This document shows, in pieces, positions 7,958 to 17,210 of a stretch of DNA of 19,932 bases. Source of the stretch: a virus (taxonomy: Duplodnaviria; Heunggongvirae; Uroviricota; Caudoviricetes). The notes beneath the pieces were generated by a model. It ran no database searches and was not told where the DNA came from. It was given only the letters and a program-made list of their open reading frames with translations. Within the stretch, counting starts at the first letter, position 1; the number at the start of each line of letters is the position of its first letter. Where the stretch lies: IMG/VR virus record IMGVR_UViG_3300028591_000113, positions 110,087 to 130,018 of that record. One strand, given 5' to 3'. A program made the position numbers and the translations under genes.

Positions 7958-9767
7958 AGTAGAATTAAAATTAAATTCAATAAAAATGTATGACAGTAGA
8001 ACCGAGAATTTCTCATATGGTCTAGGATTCTTGGCGCAATACTTAATGAACTTAGGTATTGATAAAAAAGACGTGATGTGTTTTATCGACAAGCCACGTG
8101 ATACAGATCAAGATAATCCCGAACTATTAGATAATATCAAAGAAGCCGCAGATATGTTAGTTACTCAATTAGATTGTGGCGCCAAAGTATTTATCCAAGT
8201 AGATAGTGATACTGATGGTTATACATCTTCTGCTGTCTTAATTAATTATATTACACGTAGATGGCCAGGAGCGCGCATTGTTCATAGGTTACACAATGGC
8301 AAAGAGCATGGTATTATTTTAGAAACTGTGCCAACAGATTGCTCTGTTGTTATTATTCCTGATGCGGGTTCAAACCAGTTCTATGAACAAAATTATTTAG
8401 CAGACTTGGGCAAAACAGTAATTGTGCTTGACCACCACGAAGTGGATGAAATACAAGATACCAAAGCAATTATTGTTAACAACCAATTAAGTCCAAACTT
8501 CCCAAATAAAAATTTAAGTGGTGTTGGCGTTGTTTATATGTTTATTCAATATATTGATACACATTACTTCCCAACAGAAACTCCAATTTTTAGAGATTAT
8601 TTAGATTTAACTGCGGTTGGTATTATTGCTGATGCTATGAACATGACAGCGCTTGGCAATAATTATATTGCTTATTATGGTTTGAATAATATTAAAAGTA
8701 AGTTCTTACATGAGTTAGCAATCAAACAAAGTCGTGGTATTTCAGACCCTGACCACTTAACAAAGATCGATGTAGCCTTTTATATCGCGCCTGTAATTAA
8801 CGGTGTTATCAGATATGGTGCTCCAGAAGATAAAGAAATGGTATTTAAAGCGCTTACAACATGGCAAGATGACACAGATTATGAAAGCACTTGGCGTGGT
8901 GTGGTAAGACATGAAAACCTTTATCAATATGCGGTGCGCTTAGCCGTTAACGCAAAAGGTCGACAAGATAGTGCGAAAAAGAAATCCTTTGAATGGCTTT
9001 GCGAAAAGGTCAATGAAGAAGGGTTAGATAAAGATAATGTTATTATCGTAACATTAAATGAAAAAGAAAGTGCAAAAGTAAGTCCGAATATTACAGGTCT
9101 TATTGCAATGGAATTAGTCAACCATTACAATAAACCAGCACTTGTATTAAGAAAAACTACCTTTGAAGAAGGAGATAATGAAATCGAAGTTTACGGCGGA
9201 AGCGGTAGAAATGGTAATTTCTATGGTTTACCAGACCTTAAAAGTTTCTTAAAAGAAGCGGGCGCTTTTTATTGCGAAGGTCACGCCAATGCATTCGGTG
9301 CTTTCTTAAAACCAGAGGAAGTTCAACCAATTAGAGATTATGCGAATAAGAAATTAAATGTAAACTCTTTTGAAGAAGTTTATCAAGTAGATTACTGGTT
9401 TGATGGTAAACATCCAGTAAATTACGAATTACTCGAAGTATTCGCTAAACATAAAGCATTGTGGGGTAACTCAATCCCACAACCTAAATTCGCTTTTTCC
9501 GGGCATTATAAGAAGAGTGACATCTTTGTCATGGGTAAAGAGAAAAACTCTTTAAAAATTAATGGTGGGGAAATTAGTTTTGTATCTTTTAATGCTCGTA
9601 AAACAATAGATGAATTAACAGAGAATCCAGAAGGAACATACTTAATTGTTGGTAGACCGCAATTAAATGAATATATGGGTAATGTATCTATTCAAGTTAT
9701 GATAGATGATATTGCTATTAATCCTTCTACACCAACCTCTGCTATATCCTTATTGGATTTAATTTAG
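7950..9767 (+). CDS. recJ: RecJ-like ssDNA 5'-3' exonuclease (DHH family), about 605 aa
   Basis: Motifs VDSDTDG, IPDAG, LDHH, NLSGVGV, GSGR, GHANAFG. The GGAGG RBS at about 7939-7943 favours ATG 7950 over 7944. Confidence 0.9.
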   Translation: MNRVELKLNSIKMYDSRTENFSYGLGFLAQYLMNLGIDKKDVMCFIDKPRDTDQDNPELLDNIKEAADMLVTQLDCGAKVFIQVDSDTDGYTSSAVLINYITRRWPGARIVHRLHNGKEHGIILETVPTDCSVVIIPDAGSNQFYEQNYLADLGKTVIVLDHHEVDEIQDTKAIIVNNQLSPNFPNKNLSGVGVVYMFIQYIDTHYFPTETPIFRDYLDLTAVGIIADAMNMTALGNNYIAYYGLNNIKSKFLHELAIKQSRGISDPDHLTKIDVAFYIAPVINGVIRYGAPEDKEMVFKALTTWQDDTDYESTWRGVVRHENLYQYAVRLAVNAKGRQDSAKKKSFEWLCEKVNEEGLDKDNVIIVTLNEKESAKVSPNITGLIAMELVNHYNKPALVLRKTTFEEGDNEIEVYGGSGRNGNFYGLPDLKSFLKEAGAFYCEGHANAFGAFLKPEEVQPIRDYANKKLNVNSFEEVYQVDYWFDGKHPVNYELLEVFAKHKALWGNSIPQPKFAFSGHYKKSDIFVMGKEKNSLKINGGEISFVSFNARKTIDELTENPEGTYLIVGRPQLNEYMGNVSIQVMIDDIAINPSTPTSAISLLDLI

Positions 9768-9776
9768 GAGAAGATT

Positions 9777-10004
9777 ATGACTATTTCACAATTTTTAGAA
9801 GAACACGGCTTACATTGCCGCACCCCAGAAGAAGAAGATTTTATGTTGAAAGCATTAGACAAAATGTATGTTGAATGGTTGGCGCCAGAGGCTGCTATCC
9901 GTTTAATATTAGATTATTTGGAAAATGCTGATGAAATCTATAGCGACACTATGGCAGAACGAGAAGCAAATGAAAAAGTTCTGGCAGATAGCGAAGAAAA
10001 TTAG
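9777..10004 (+). CDS. Hypothetical acidic protein, 75 aa
   Basis: AGGAG RBS upstream, TAG stop, fills the recJ-dnaE gap. Confidence 0.7.
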   Translation: MTISQFLEEHGLHCRTPEEEDFMLKALDKMYVEWLAPEAAIRLILDYLENADEIYSDTMAEREANEKVLADSEEN

Positions 10005-10013
10005 TATATTATA
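10003..10013 (+). promoter_or_regulatory. Putative -10 element upstream of dnaE (AGTATATTATA, identical to 2621-2631)
   Basis: 11-nt identity with the -10 region of the 2600 promoter. The -35 match is weak (CTGGCA at 9981-9986). Confidence 0.35.
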
Positions 10014-10030
10014 AATAAGGAATAATAGAT

Positions 10031-13000
10031 ATGAGAGATTATATAGGATTGCACAACCACACAGAATATTCAAACGTCAAAGTTATTGACAGTATTAATA
10101 GATTTAACCGCATGGTAGACTATGCGTGGGATTTAGGTTTGTCTGGTTTAGCATTAACAGACCATGACTGTTTAAGTGGAACTTTACAAGCTCTCGATAT
10201 CTATAAAGCAAAACTTAAAAAAGAATGGACTGCGCTTCATCCTGACGAAGAATTGCCAGGATGGGCGGAGATGTCCAAAGAACTAGATTTCAAAGTTATT
10301 TTAGGTAATGAGATTTATCTTAGTGAAGAAGGCTTAAATGAGTCGCAAATGTCTAGTGCTGCTCCGGCTCATTTTTGGCATTTAATTTTATTAGCAAAAG
10401 ATGAAATAGGATTTAGACAACTTAAAGAATTAAGTAGTCGTGCCTGGAGACGCGCATGGTTTAGAGGTATTTTAAGAACACCAACTTATCCAAGCGATTT
10501 AGTAGAAATTATTAGCGCTAATCCAGGTCATATAGTTTGTTCCACAGCATGTCTTGGTAGTTACACCGCATGGTGTTGGAGAAATTATACTATTGCTTGT
10601 AAAGATGACGGCGGTTTGGACTTTATTCCAGACGGCGGACATGACAAACAATGGTATTTAGATAAATTAGATAATCACCTATCTGCGATGCAGAATCTTT
10701 TTGGTGTAGGTAATTTCTTTATTGAATTACAACCAAACGAAAAAGGTAGTGAACAAAATGAATATAATAAGTTTATGTTGGATAGATATTTTCCAGAATA
10801 TCCTTTCATCTTCACTACTGATGCTCACTATTTGAAGGCAGAAGAAAGAAATATTCACAAAGCATTCTTAAATAGTAAAAGCTCAAAAGATAGAGAAGTA
10901 GATGATTTCTATAAATATACATATATAATGAGTCAGGCAGAAGTTCGTAGTTTAATGGATTATGTGTCTGATGAAGTTTTTGAATCAATGGTAGATTGCA
11001 CAAGACATATTAAAGATAGTGTGCAATTCTTTGAAATTGAAAAGCCAAAAGTTATCGCAAAAGTTGAATATGAACACTGGGATGAATATGCCGATGATTT
11101 AGATATGTTCTTAGATATTTCGCAAGACGATTATCCAGTGTTTTATGAATATTTACATACAGAAGATAGAGCAGACAATTATTTAGCGCGTTTAATTGCA
11201 CATGGTTATGCTTTGAAGCAACAACCAAGTTGGGACCAATCTGTGTATTTCGCGCGCATTGAAGAAGAATTAGATATTATTAAAAAGGTTGGCGATGCAA
11301 TTCATCAATCTATGTCTGACTACTTCATTACAATGAGTAAAATGGTTGACTTAATGTGGCAAGCAAACTCTTTAGTTGGACCATCTCGTGGTTCTGCTGG
11401 CGCCATGTTAATTAACTATTTAATTGATATTACACAAATGAACCCAGTTGAGATGGATTTGCCATTTGTTTGGAGATTTATGCACCCATCAAGACCAGAC
11501 TATCCTGATATTGACGTTGACTCTGAAAGCGATAAGCGTGTCGCTGTTTTTAACACAATTAGAGATTACTTCAGAGGATTAGGCGGTGACGTTATTAACG
11601 TTTGTACATTTGGTACAGAAGGAACAAAGAGTGCTATTAAAACTGCGGGTCGTGGCTTAAAAATTGATGATGACGTAATTAGTTATATTACATCAATGAT
11701 TCCAAACGAAAGAGGCTTTGACTGGTCATTACATGACTGTTATTATGGTAATGATGATGATAGAAAACCTATTAGTAACTTTGTCGCGCAAATGAATGAG
11801 TATCCTCAATTATGGGAATTAGCGCAAAGTATTGAAGGTTTAGTTACTCGTTTAGGTGTTCACGCATCAGGTGTTGTTTGTGTTAATGGTGATTTTAACG
11901 AATATAATAGTGTTATGAAAACTTCTAAGGAACAGTTGGTTTCAGCATATGACTTACACACATTAGAAAGATGTGGTGTATTGAAATACGACTTACTTAC
12001 TGTTTCCGCGCTTGACCGTATTCACCAATGTATGAACTATATGTTGGAAGATGGAGTTTTAGAGTGGCAAGGAAGTTTAAAAGAAACTTATAATAAATAT
12101 TTGAATCCAGCAATCTTAGACTATACCAGTCCTGAGATGTGGAAAATGGCAGAAGAAGGACAAATTAGTAGTTTGTTCCAATTCGATACAAACCAAGGAC
12201 AAGTGGCGATGAGACAAATTGGTCCGCAATCATTAAAAGAATTAGCCATCGCGAACTCGGTTATGAGATTAATGAGTGATGGTGAGTTGCCACTAGAAAA
12301 GTATGCACGTTTCAAAAAAGTGCCATCTTTATGGTATGATGAAATGCGCGCTTACGGTTTAAATGAAAATGAAATTAAAGTATTAGAAAAATACTTAAAA
12401 GAAAAGAGCGGTATTGCAGATAGTCAAGAAGTTGTTATGCAGATATCAATGGATCCACAAATTAGCGGATTCAGTATGCAAGAAGCAAACAAATTAAGAA
12501 AGACTATCGCGAAGAAACAATTTAGAGAAATTGAAGCAGTTAAACAATTATTCTTTGATAAAGGTAAAGAAGTAGGTGCATCATATAACTTATTAAGTTA
12601 TATTTGGTATGTTCAAATTAGTATGCAATTAGGTTATTCATTCTCAACAATTCATACTACTGGTTACAGTTTAATTGCTATTCAAGAAATGAACTTGGCG
12701 TATCATTATCCAATTATTTATTGGAACTGCGCATGTTTAAGTGTTGATAGTAGCGCTATAAATAGTTTAGACTTTGATAACTTAATCGAAGAAGATATTA
12801 TCTCTGTCGAAACGGGTGAAAAAGTAGCCAAAAATAAAATGGATTATGCTAAACTCGCATCAGCATTGGATAAGTTTAGTGGAATTTGCGATATTGAACT
12901 TCCAGACATAAATAAGTCTAAACTTAGTTTTATGCCAGATGTTAAGAAGAACAGTATTCTTTATGGATTAAAAGGTATTGCTAAAGTCACTGAACCTGTT

Positions 13001-14077
13001 ATTGCGGAAATTATGATGCACCGTCCATTTGAATCATTAAAAGACTTTTTAAATAAAGTAACAAAGAGAGTTGTTACAAAAGATAAAGTTATTAACTTAA
13101 TTAAATGCGGCGCGTTTAATGAAATTGAAGGCAAGACAACAGAAGAAGTATTAAAAGATTATATTGCTTCTGTTTGCGATTTAAAGAAGAATTTAACAAT
13201 GCAAAATGCAAATATGTTAATTGATTTGTATTTATTACCGCAAGAGTTAAGTTATAACATGGATGTCTATAAATTAACAAAAGAATTGAGAAGACATCGT
13301 GATGAAAATAAGATTTGGTATTGCGCTGATAGATTAGATATTCCAATGAATAAGTTAGATAGTTGGAAACAAATATTTAAGGATAGCGGCATTGAGGGCA
13401 AAGAAATCGTATTAAATGATGAGCCTCGTAAAGTTATTGATAGCGCAAAGTGGGATTTATTCTATGAAAGACAAATGGGTCCTATTAGAAAATATATTAC
13501 TGATAATAAGACTGAATTATTAGATAAATTGAATACTCGTTTATATAATGATGAATGGCAAAAATATTGCCAAGGCGATATCTTACAATGGGAATTAGAT
13601 AGTATGAACTTCTTCTTTAGCGGTCACCCATTAAAGAAGGTTATTAAACAACTTCCAATAGTCATTGATAAAGTTGAGGATGTCGTTGAAGGTGTTCAAG
13701 ATGGTTTCTTCTATATTAAAGGCAAAGAAATTCCAAGAATGAAACTTTATACATTAGCGGGTACAGTTATTGATAAAGATACAACAAAAGGTTTAGTTAC
13801 TTTACAATGTCCAAGTGGCGTCGTGACATTGAAGATTTATAAAGACTTATTTGCAACATTGGCGGCAACAGTTGGTGATGTTAGTATTGAAGGTGAAAAA
13901 GAAATCGAACAAGAAGGTTTCTTTGAAAAGGGGACACATTTAATGGTAACAGGTGTTCAACGTGGTGCAACGTTTGTTCCAAAGGTTTATAAGTCAACTG
14001 GTCGTAAAGCAATTTTAAAGATTGTTTTAGATGAAGACGGTGACTTTGTTGAATTCGAGGAGAAACAAGATGCGTAA
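10031..14077 (+). CDS. dnaE: DNA polymerase III alpha subunit (DnaE, family C), 1348 aa
   Basis: PHP domain (LHNHTEYS, LTDHD, GNEIY, TDAHY), SRGSAG, catalytic PDIDVD, GVHASGV, KYDLL, FQFD, GYSFSTIH and a C-terminal OB fold. No intein splice motifs were noticed. Confidence 0.96.
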   Translation: MRDYIGLHNHTEYSNVKVIDSINRFNRMVDYAWDLGLSGLALTDHDCLSGTLQALDIYKAKLKKEWTALHPDEELPGWAEMSKELDFKVILGNEIYLSEEGLNESQMSSAAPAHFWHLILLAKDEIGFRQLKELSSRAWRRAWFRGILRTPTYPSDLVEIISANPGHIVCSTACLGSYTAWCWRNYTIACKDDGGLDFIPDGGHDKQWYLDKLDNHLSAMQNLFGVGNFFIELQPNEKGSEQNEYNKFMLDRYFPEYPFIFTTDAHYLKAEERNIHKAFLNSKSSKDREVDDFYKYTYIMSQAEVRSLMDYVSDEVFESMVDCTRHIKDSVQFFEIEKPKVIAKVEYEHWDEYADDLDMFLDISQDDYPVFYEYLHTEDRADNYLARLIAHGYALKQQPSWDQSVYFARIEEELDIIKKVGDAIHQSMSDYFITMSKMVDLMWQANSLVGPSRGSAGAMLINYLIDITQMNPVEMDLPFVWRFMHPSRPDYPDIDVDSESDKRVAVFNTIRDYFRGLGGDVINVCTFGTEGTKSAIKTAGRGLKIDDDVISYITSMIPNERGFDWSLHDCYYGNDDDRKPISNFVAQMNEYPQLWELAQSIEGLVTRLGVHASGVVCVNGDFNEYNSVMKTSKEQLVSAYDLHTLERCGVLKYDLLTVSALDRIHQCMNYMLEDGVLEWQGSLKETYNKYLNPAILDYTSPEMWKMAEEGQISSLFQFDTNQGQVAMRQIGPQSLKELAIANSVMRLMSDGELPLEKYARFKKVPSLWYDEMRAYGLNENEIKVLEKYLKEKSGIADSQEVVMQISMDPQISGFSMQEANKLRKTIAKKQFREIEAVKQLFFDKGKEVGASYNLLSYIWYVQISMQLGYSFSTIHTTGYSLIAIQEMNLAYHYPIIYWNCACLSVDSSAINSLDFDNLIEEDIISVETGEKVAKNKMDYAKLASALDKFSGICDIELPDINKSKLSFMPDVKKNSILYGLKGIAKVTEPVIAEIMMHRPFESLKDFLNKVTKRVVTKDKVINLIKCGAFNEIEGKTTEEVLKDYIASVCDLKKNLTMQNANMLIDLYLLPQELSYNMDVYKLTKELRRHRDENKIWYCADRLDIPMNKLDSWKQIFKDSGIEGKEIVLNDEPRKVIDSAKWDLFYERQMGPIRKYITDNKTELLDKLNTRLYNDEWQKYCQGDILQWELDSMNFFFSGHPLKKVIKQLPIVIDKVEDVVEGVQDGFFYIKGKEIPRMKLYTLAGTVIDKDTTKGLVTLQCPSGVVTLKIYKDLFATLAATVGDVSIEGEKEIEQEGFFEKGTHLMVTGVQRGATFVPKVYKSTGRKAILKIVLDEDGDFVEFEEKQDA

Positions 14078-14252
14078 ATGGAAAGATGTTCAAGAAGAAA
14101 AGAATAAACTTGAACGTAAACTAGAAATGATTACGATTAGAAATGCATATCAAGGTTTAATTACAGTTTCTAAATATTGTAATTCATTTGAAGATTTTAT
14201 AAAAAATTTAGAAGTTTTCATTGAACGACTTAATGAAGAGATTGATAAGTAA
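14070..14252 (+). CDS. Hypothetical coiled-coil protein, 60 aa
   Basis: GAGGAG RBS at about 14057-14062 supports ATG 14070, overlapping the dnaE end; TAA at 14250-14252. Confidence 0.65.
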   Translation: MRKWKDVQEEKNKLERKLEMITIRNAYQGLITVSKYCNSFEDFIKNLEVFIERLNEEIDK

Positions 14253-15379
14253 TGAAAGTTACAATTTGAGACCTTGATTATTACTTCTCTGATGAAAAAG
14301 GCGCCACAGTTAATGTAGATGTTCAAAAAATATCTAGTTATCATAAACAGAAGGGTGATAGTGTTAATTTCGTAACATCTGAAAGAGATATATATCGTCC
14401 TTATGATATATATTATATCATTAAAGAAAATAAAAAAACACCTAATCCGCCCATGGAGTTCTTCATGAACCCCAAGGTGCGCTGGTGAGGTGAGGCATAT
14501 AGTATGAAACAAAATTGGAAGATGTCTGACGCGATGCTAGCCTGTCGTCCTGATTATCTTCTATATCCTGAACGATTAACTCGTAATGCCCGCGCAGAGC
14601 AAATTAGATTATTAGGGAACAATAATAAACTATTGCCTATAATCCAGGATTGGGGCAATACTTTAAAAGATAAAAACTATATCGTAACAGATAAGAAATT
14701 ATGGTATGCAGATGAAGAAACAGTTATTGCGGCTTTATGCAGAATACAGAGTGTGCCTAATATCTGTTTTGAATCTCCAATTCCAATTTTAACAATAAAA
14801 AAGAACCCCAATATTTTACAGGAGTTTTGAAAATTAAAGTTCTCTGCGCGTTCACAATTCGAGTTTGTGAGAGTCTATCCAGAAGATATGACAGTAGTCT
14901 TTGAATTTATTGATGAATTTAGAAGATACTTTCCAACTTGCGCGATTCCTCACATTAAACTTGTTTATTCTCGCATACCTTGGCAAACACAAAGTGAAGC
15001 GCAATTAGCGATGAATAATTTAAGAGATATAATTAAAATCGCCAAAATGAATAATATCTATTTAGATATTATTGGACCAAAGAAAAGAAATGAAACACCA
15101 TTTTTCTTTTTACCAGAATTAATGGAAGATTGGTGCAAATTAAACTTTAAAATGGCGTGACTTGAGTATCTAAGTATACGCTTTAAAGTTGATAAGAATT
15201 ATATGTCAGGCTCTACTGACTGAAATAAACCGAATAAATGACATCCGTTATTTAGAGATGCAATTAGACAAACATATGAAGATACTGATTTCTTACTTAG
15301 AAAATGGGGAAATGATAAAGTATCTGAACTAGAAATACCATGAAAATTATGAAAGGAAACGTTTAAGTTAGGTCTATAA
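14252..15379 (+). CDS. 375-aa protein with 8 in-frame TGA (Trp) codons; resembles a phage radical-SAM-like family but lacks the CxxxCxxC motif
   Basis: One frame runs from ATG 14252 (TAATG overlap) to TAA 15377-15379, interrupted only by TGA at 14267, 14486, 14828, 15158, 15221, 15239, 15341 and 15350. It joins track ORFs 14504-14830 and 14867-15160. Motifs include MKVTIWDLD, VQKISSYHKQKGDSV and CRPDYLLYP. Confidence 0.8.
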
Positions 15380-15380
15380 T

Positions 15381-15986
15381 ATGAAATATAAACGTATATG
15401 TGTATTAGATACTGAAACAACTTCAGTATACTGGAATAGCGCTGCGCCGGTTCAAATTGCAGCAGTAATTTGTGATAATAAAGGAAACATAATTGATAGT
15501 TTTAATGAGCGAATTAAAACAACTCATACGATCGATCCTGAGGCTAGTAAAGTTCATGGCATTTATGCAAAAGATTTGGTTAATTGCAGAAGAGAAACAG
15601 AAGTATTAATGGATTTCTGCGCCTGAATGGCAAACCAAGAAGTAGATTGTGTTTTAACTTACAATGGTGAGGCATTCGATAGACCAATGCTTAATTGTCG
15701 TTGTGAAGCGCTAAAAATACCATTTGATTATTTTAATAAAGATAAGTTCCCTGGAATTGATGGATACTATGATTGTATCTATTTAGCTAAGAAACAAAAC
15801 TTATTTGGATTAAAAGATAAGCTAGGTAGAAAATGGAAACTTACATTAGTTGCAGAAGCACTTGGGTTTAGTAGCGAAGGCGCGCATGATGCGCTTGCTG
15901 ATGTAATGATGCTTAAAAACATTTTCTTTAAAGTTGACCCAATTATTCATCCAGAACATTGGGAAGGCTCAGAAAGTTTATTCTAA
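15381..15986 (+). CDS. DEDDh 3'-5' exonuclease (DnaQ/epsilon-like), 201 aa, one in-frame TGA
   Basis: ExoI DTETT lies in track ORF 15381-15626; ExoII YNGEAFD and ExoIII HDALAD lie in ORF 15627-15986. The two are in frame and separated only by TGA 15624-15626. Confidence 0.9.
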
Positions 15987-15990
15987 ACAA

Positions 15991-16017
15991 AAAAAGGACT
16001 AGTAATTAGTCCTTTTT
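15991..16017. terminator. Bidirectional intrinsic terminator between convergent genes
   Basis: AAAAAGGACTA-gtaat-TAGTCCTTTTT, with A/T tracts on both sides. It overlaps the holin stop codon. Confidence 0.8.
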
Positions 16018-16356
16018 ATTATTCATGCCATTGTACCATTCGATACAAGAATCAATATAAGCACCGAGTTGGTCAACAAATGGATCTATATTAAGACCTG
16101 CAGCTTTTGCACTAGCCTTAACTGAATTAATAACTGCTTCTTTTTTCGCCACACCCTTAAGAGTTGAATGTTCAAATTCTTTCATAGCAGCATCAGCCAT
16201 AGTCATAAGTATATCCCACCTTTCTTTGGCTGTCTTTTCTTTCACGGCTTTAATTCAACCTTTAATTGCAAAGAATGTTGCAACACCTGTGCCGATTAAG
16301 CCAAATAAACCACTAAGTAAAGCAATTAATCCATTAACTGTGGTAATCCAATCCAT
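16006..16356 (-). CDS. Holin-like protein (LL-H-type architecture), 116 aa, one in-frame TGA
   Basis: AGGAG RBS, then MDWITTVNGLIALLSGLFGLIGTGVATFFAIKG[TGA 16255-16257]IKAVKEK... One N-terminal TM helix followed by an amphipathic tail (GVAKKEAVINSV...AGLNID...IDSCIEWYNGMN). Confidence 0.65.
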
Positions 16357-16367
16357 ATCAATCTCCT

Positions 16368-16874
16368 TTATTTATTTGTGGGTTCTGAGGGTAATTTCAT
16401 TACTTGTTCATGTAAATTATCCACAACACCGTTCTTACCTAAATTATGATAAGACCAATAGAGTTCATCAAATTCTGTCTTTTCTAAATCACTTGCCCAG
16501 CCGCGATCAACATAAATTTTGCCGTCTTGACGTAAACTACGACGAACGTCTTTTTGCATAGCTTTCTTCATGGAAAGAAGTTCTTCATCAATGTCGTCCA
16601 GTTCTTTGGTAACATTCTGATCCATGTTATCAATTTTCTTTTCAACGTCTTGTTTTAATCCTTTGATTTGTTCATGAACGTCTTTTTTAATTGCGTCGTC
16701 ACGGTCTTTGTTTTCTTGTTTACGCGTCTGTTCACGCAATTTTTCTAATTCAGCTTGGTCATCTTCTTTCTTCTTTTGTCTTTTATTTCACCAAGTGGTG
16801 ATTATTAGACCAATTATTGTTGTGAAAGCAACGTTGATGCCGCCAACGATAAGACCTATAATTACACCTTCCAT
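16368..16874 (-). CDS. Membrane-anchored coiled-coil protein of the type found beside phage holins, 168 aa, one in-frame TGA
   Basis: GGAGG RBS, then MEGVIIGLIVGGINVAFTTIIGLIITTW[TGA 16788-16790]NKRQKKK..., a coiled coil, and C-terminal ELYWSYHNLGKNGVVDNLHEQVMKLP. That last motif is recalled from phage lysis-region proteins. Confidence 0.7.
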
Positions 16875-16933
16875 TATATAGTGTTACCTCCACGACTTCA
16901 TCAGTAATCGTTACTGTCCTACTCTATATTAGT

Positions 16934-16962
16934 AATATGAAAGGAATTATAGAGAAAAGCAA
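16934..16962 (-). promoter_or_regulatory. Putative sigma70-type promoter for the holin pair, TTGCTT-N17-CATATT
   Basis: Same -35 hexamer and spacer as the 2600 promoter; the -10 differs by one base. Confidence 0.4.
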
Positions 16963-17015
16963 ATTCGTTTTTATCTACCAACAATAGTATAATAACTATG
17001 TATAGGAGAAATAAC

Positions 17016-17210
17016 ATGGAAAAACAAGATATTACAAACTTCAGAGATTCTCTTGCTAATATGTCTATTGAAGAACTTGAGAATATGATGAAAGACTTAA
17101 AGAATCAAATCAATAAGATGATTTTAGATAGTGATTTAATCATTAAGGTTGCCATCGTTGACCAAAAAATTAAAGATAAGAAAGGTGAATCTGATGGCGA
17201 AGTTAAGTAA
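17016..17210 (+). CDS. Hypothetical helical protein, 64 aa
   Basis: AGGAG RBS at 17004-17008 favours ATG 17016; TATAAT at 16988-16993 upstream; overlaps the ruvC start. Confidence 0.7.
   Translation: MEKQDITNFRDSLANMSIEELENMMKDLKNQINKMILDSDLIIKVAIVDQKIKDKKGESDGEVK

Noticed and set aside
10031-14077. Intein or intron in the long dnaE
   Set aside because: The frame is continuous, and no C/S...HN-C/S/T splice junctions or LAGLIDADG/HNH motifs were seen; the extra length appears to be small insertions.
104-14252. Absence of TGA stop codons in the left arm as independent proof of recoding
   Set aside because: TGA stops are uncommon in AT-rich genomes anyway, so zero among about 13 genes is consistent with recoding but not informative.
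1455-16561. Short alternative-frame and antisense ORFs in the track (e.g. 1455-1721, 2097-2399, 4100-4285, 4104-4337, 4794-5000, 5264-5518, 8924-9121, 13116-13346, 14150-14512, 15199-15420, 16226-16561; also 17298-17528, 17650-17883)
   Set aside because: They lie wholly within better-supported genes on another frame or strand, lack RBSs and show no recognisable motifs.
16875-17015. Suppressor tRNA-Trp(UCA) in the largest intergenic gap
   Set aside because: No cloverleaf, T-loop (GTTCRA) or acceptor stem was found; any suppressor must lie outside this window.
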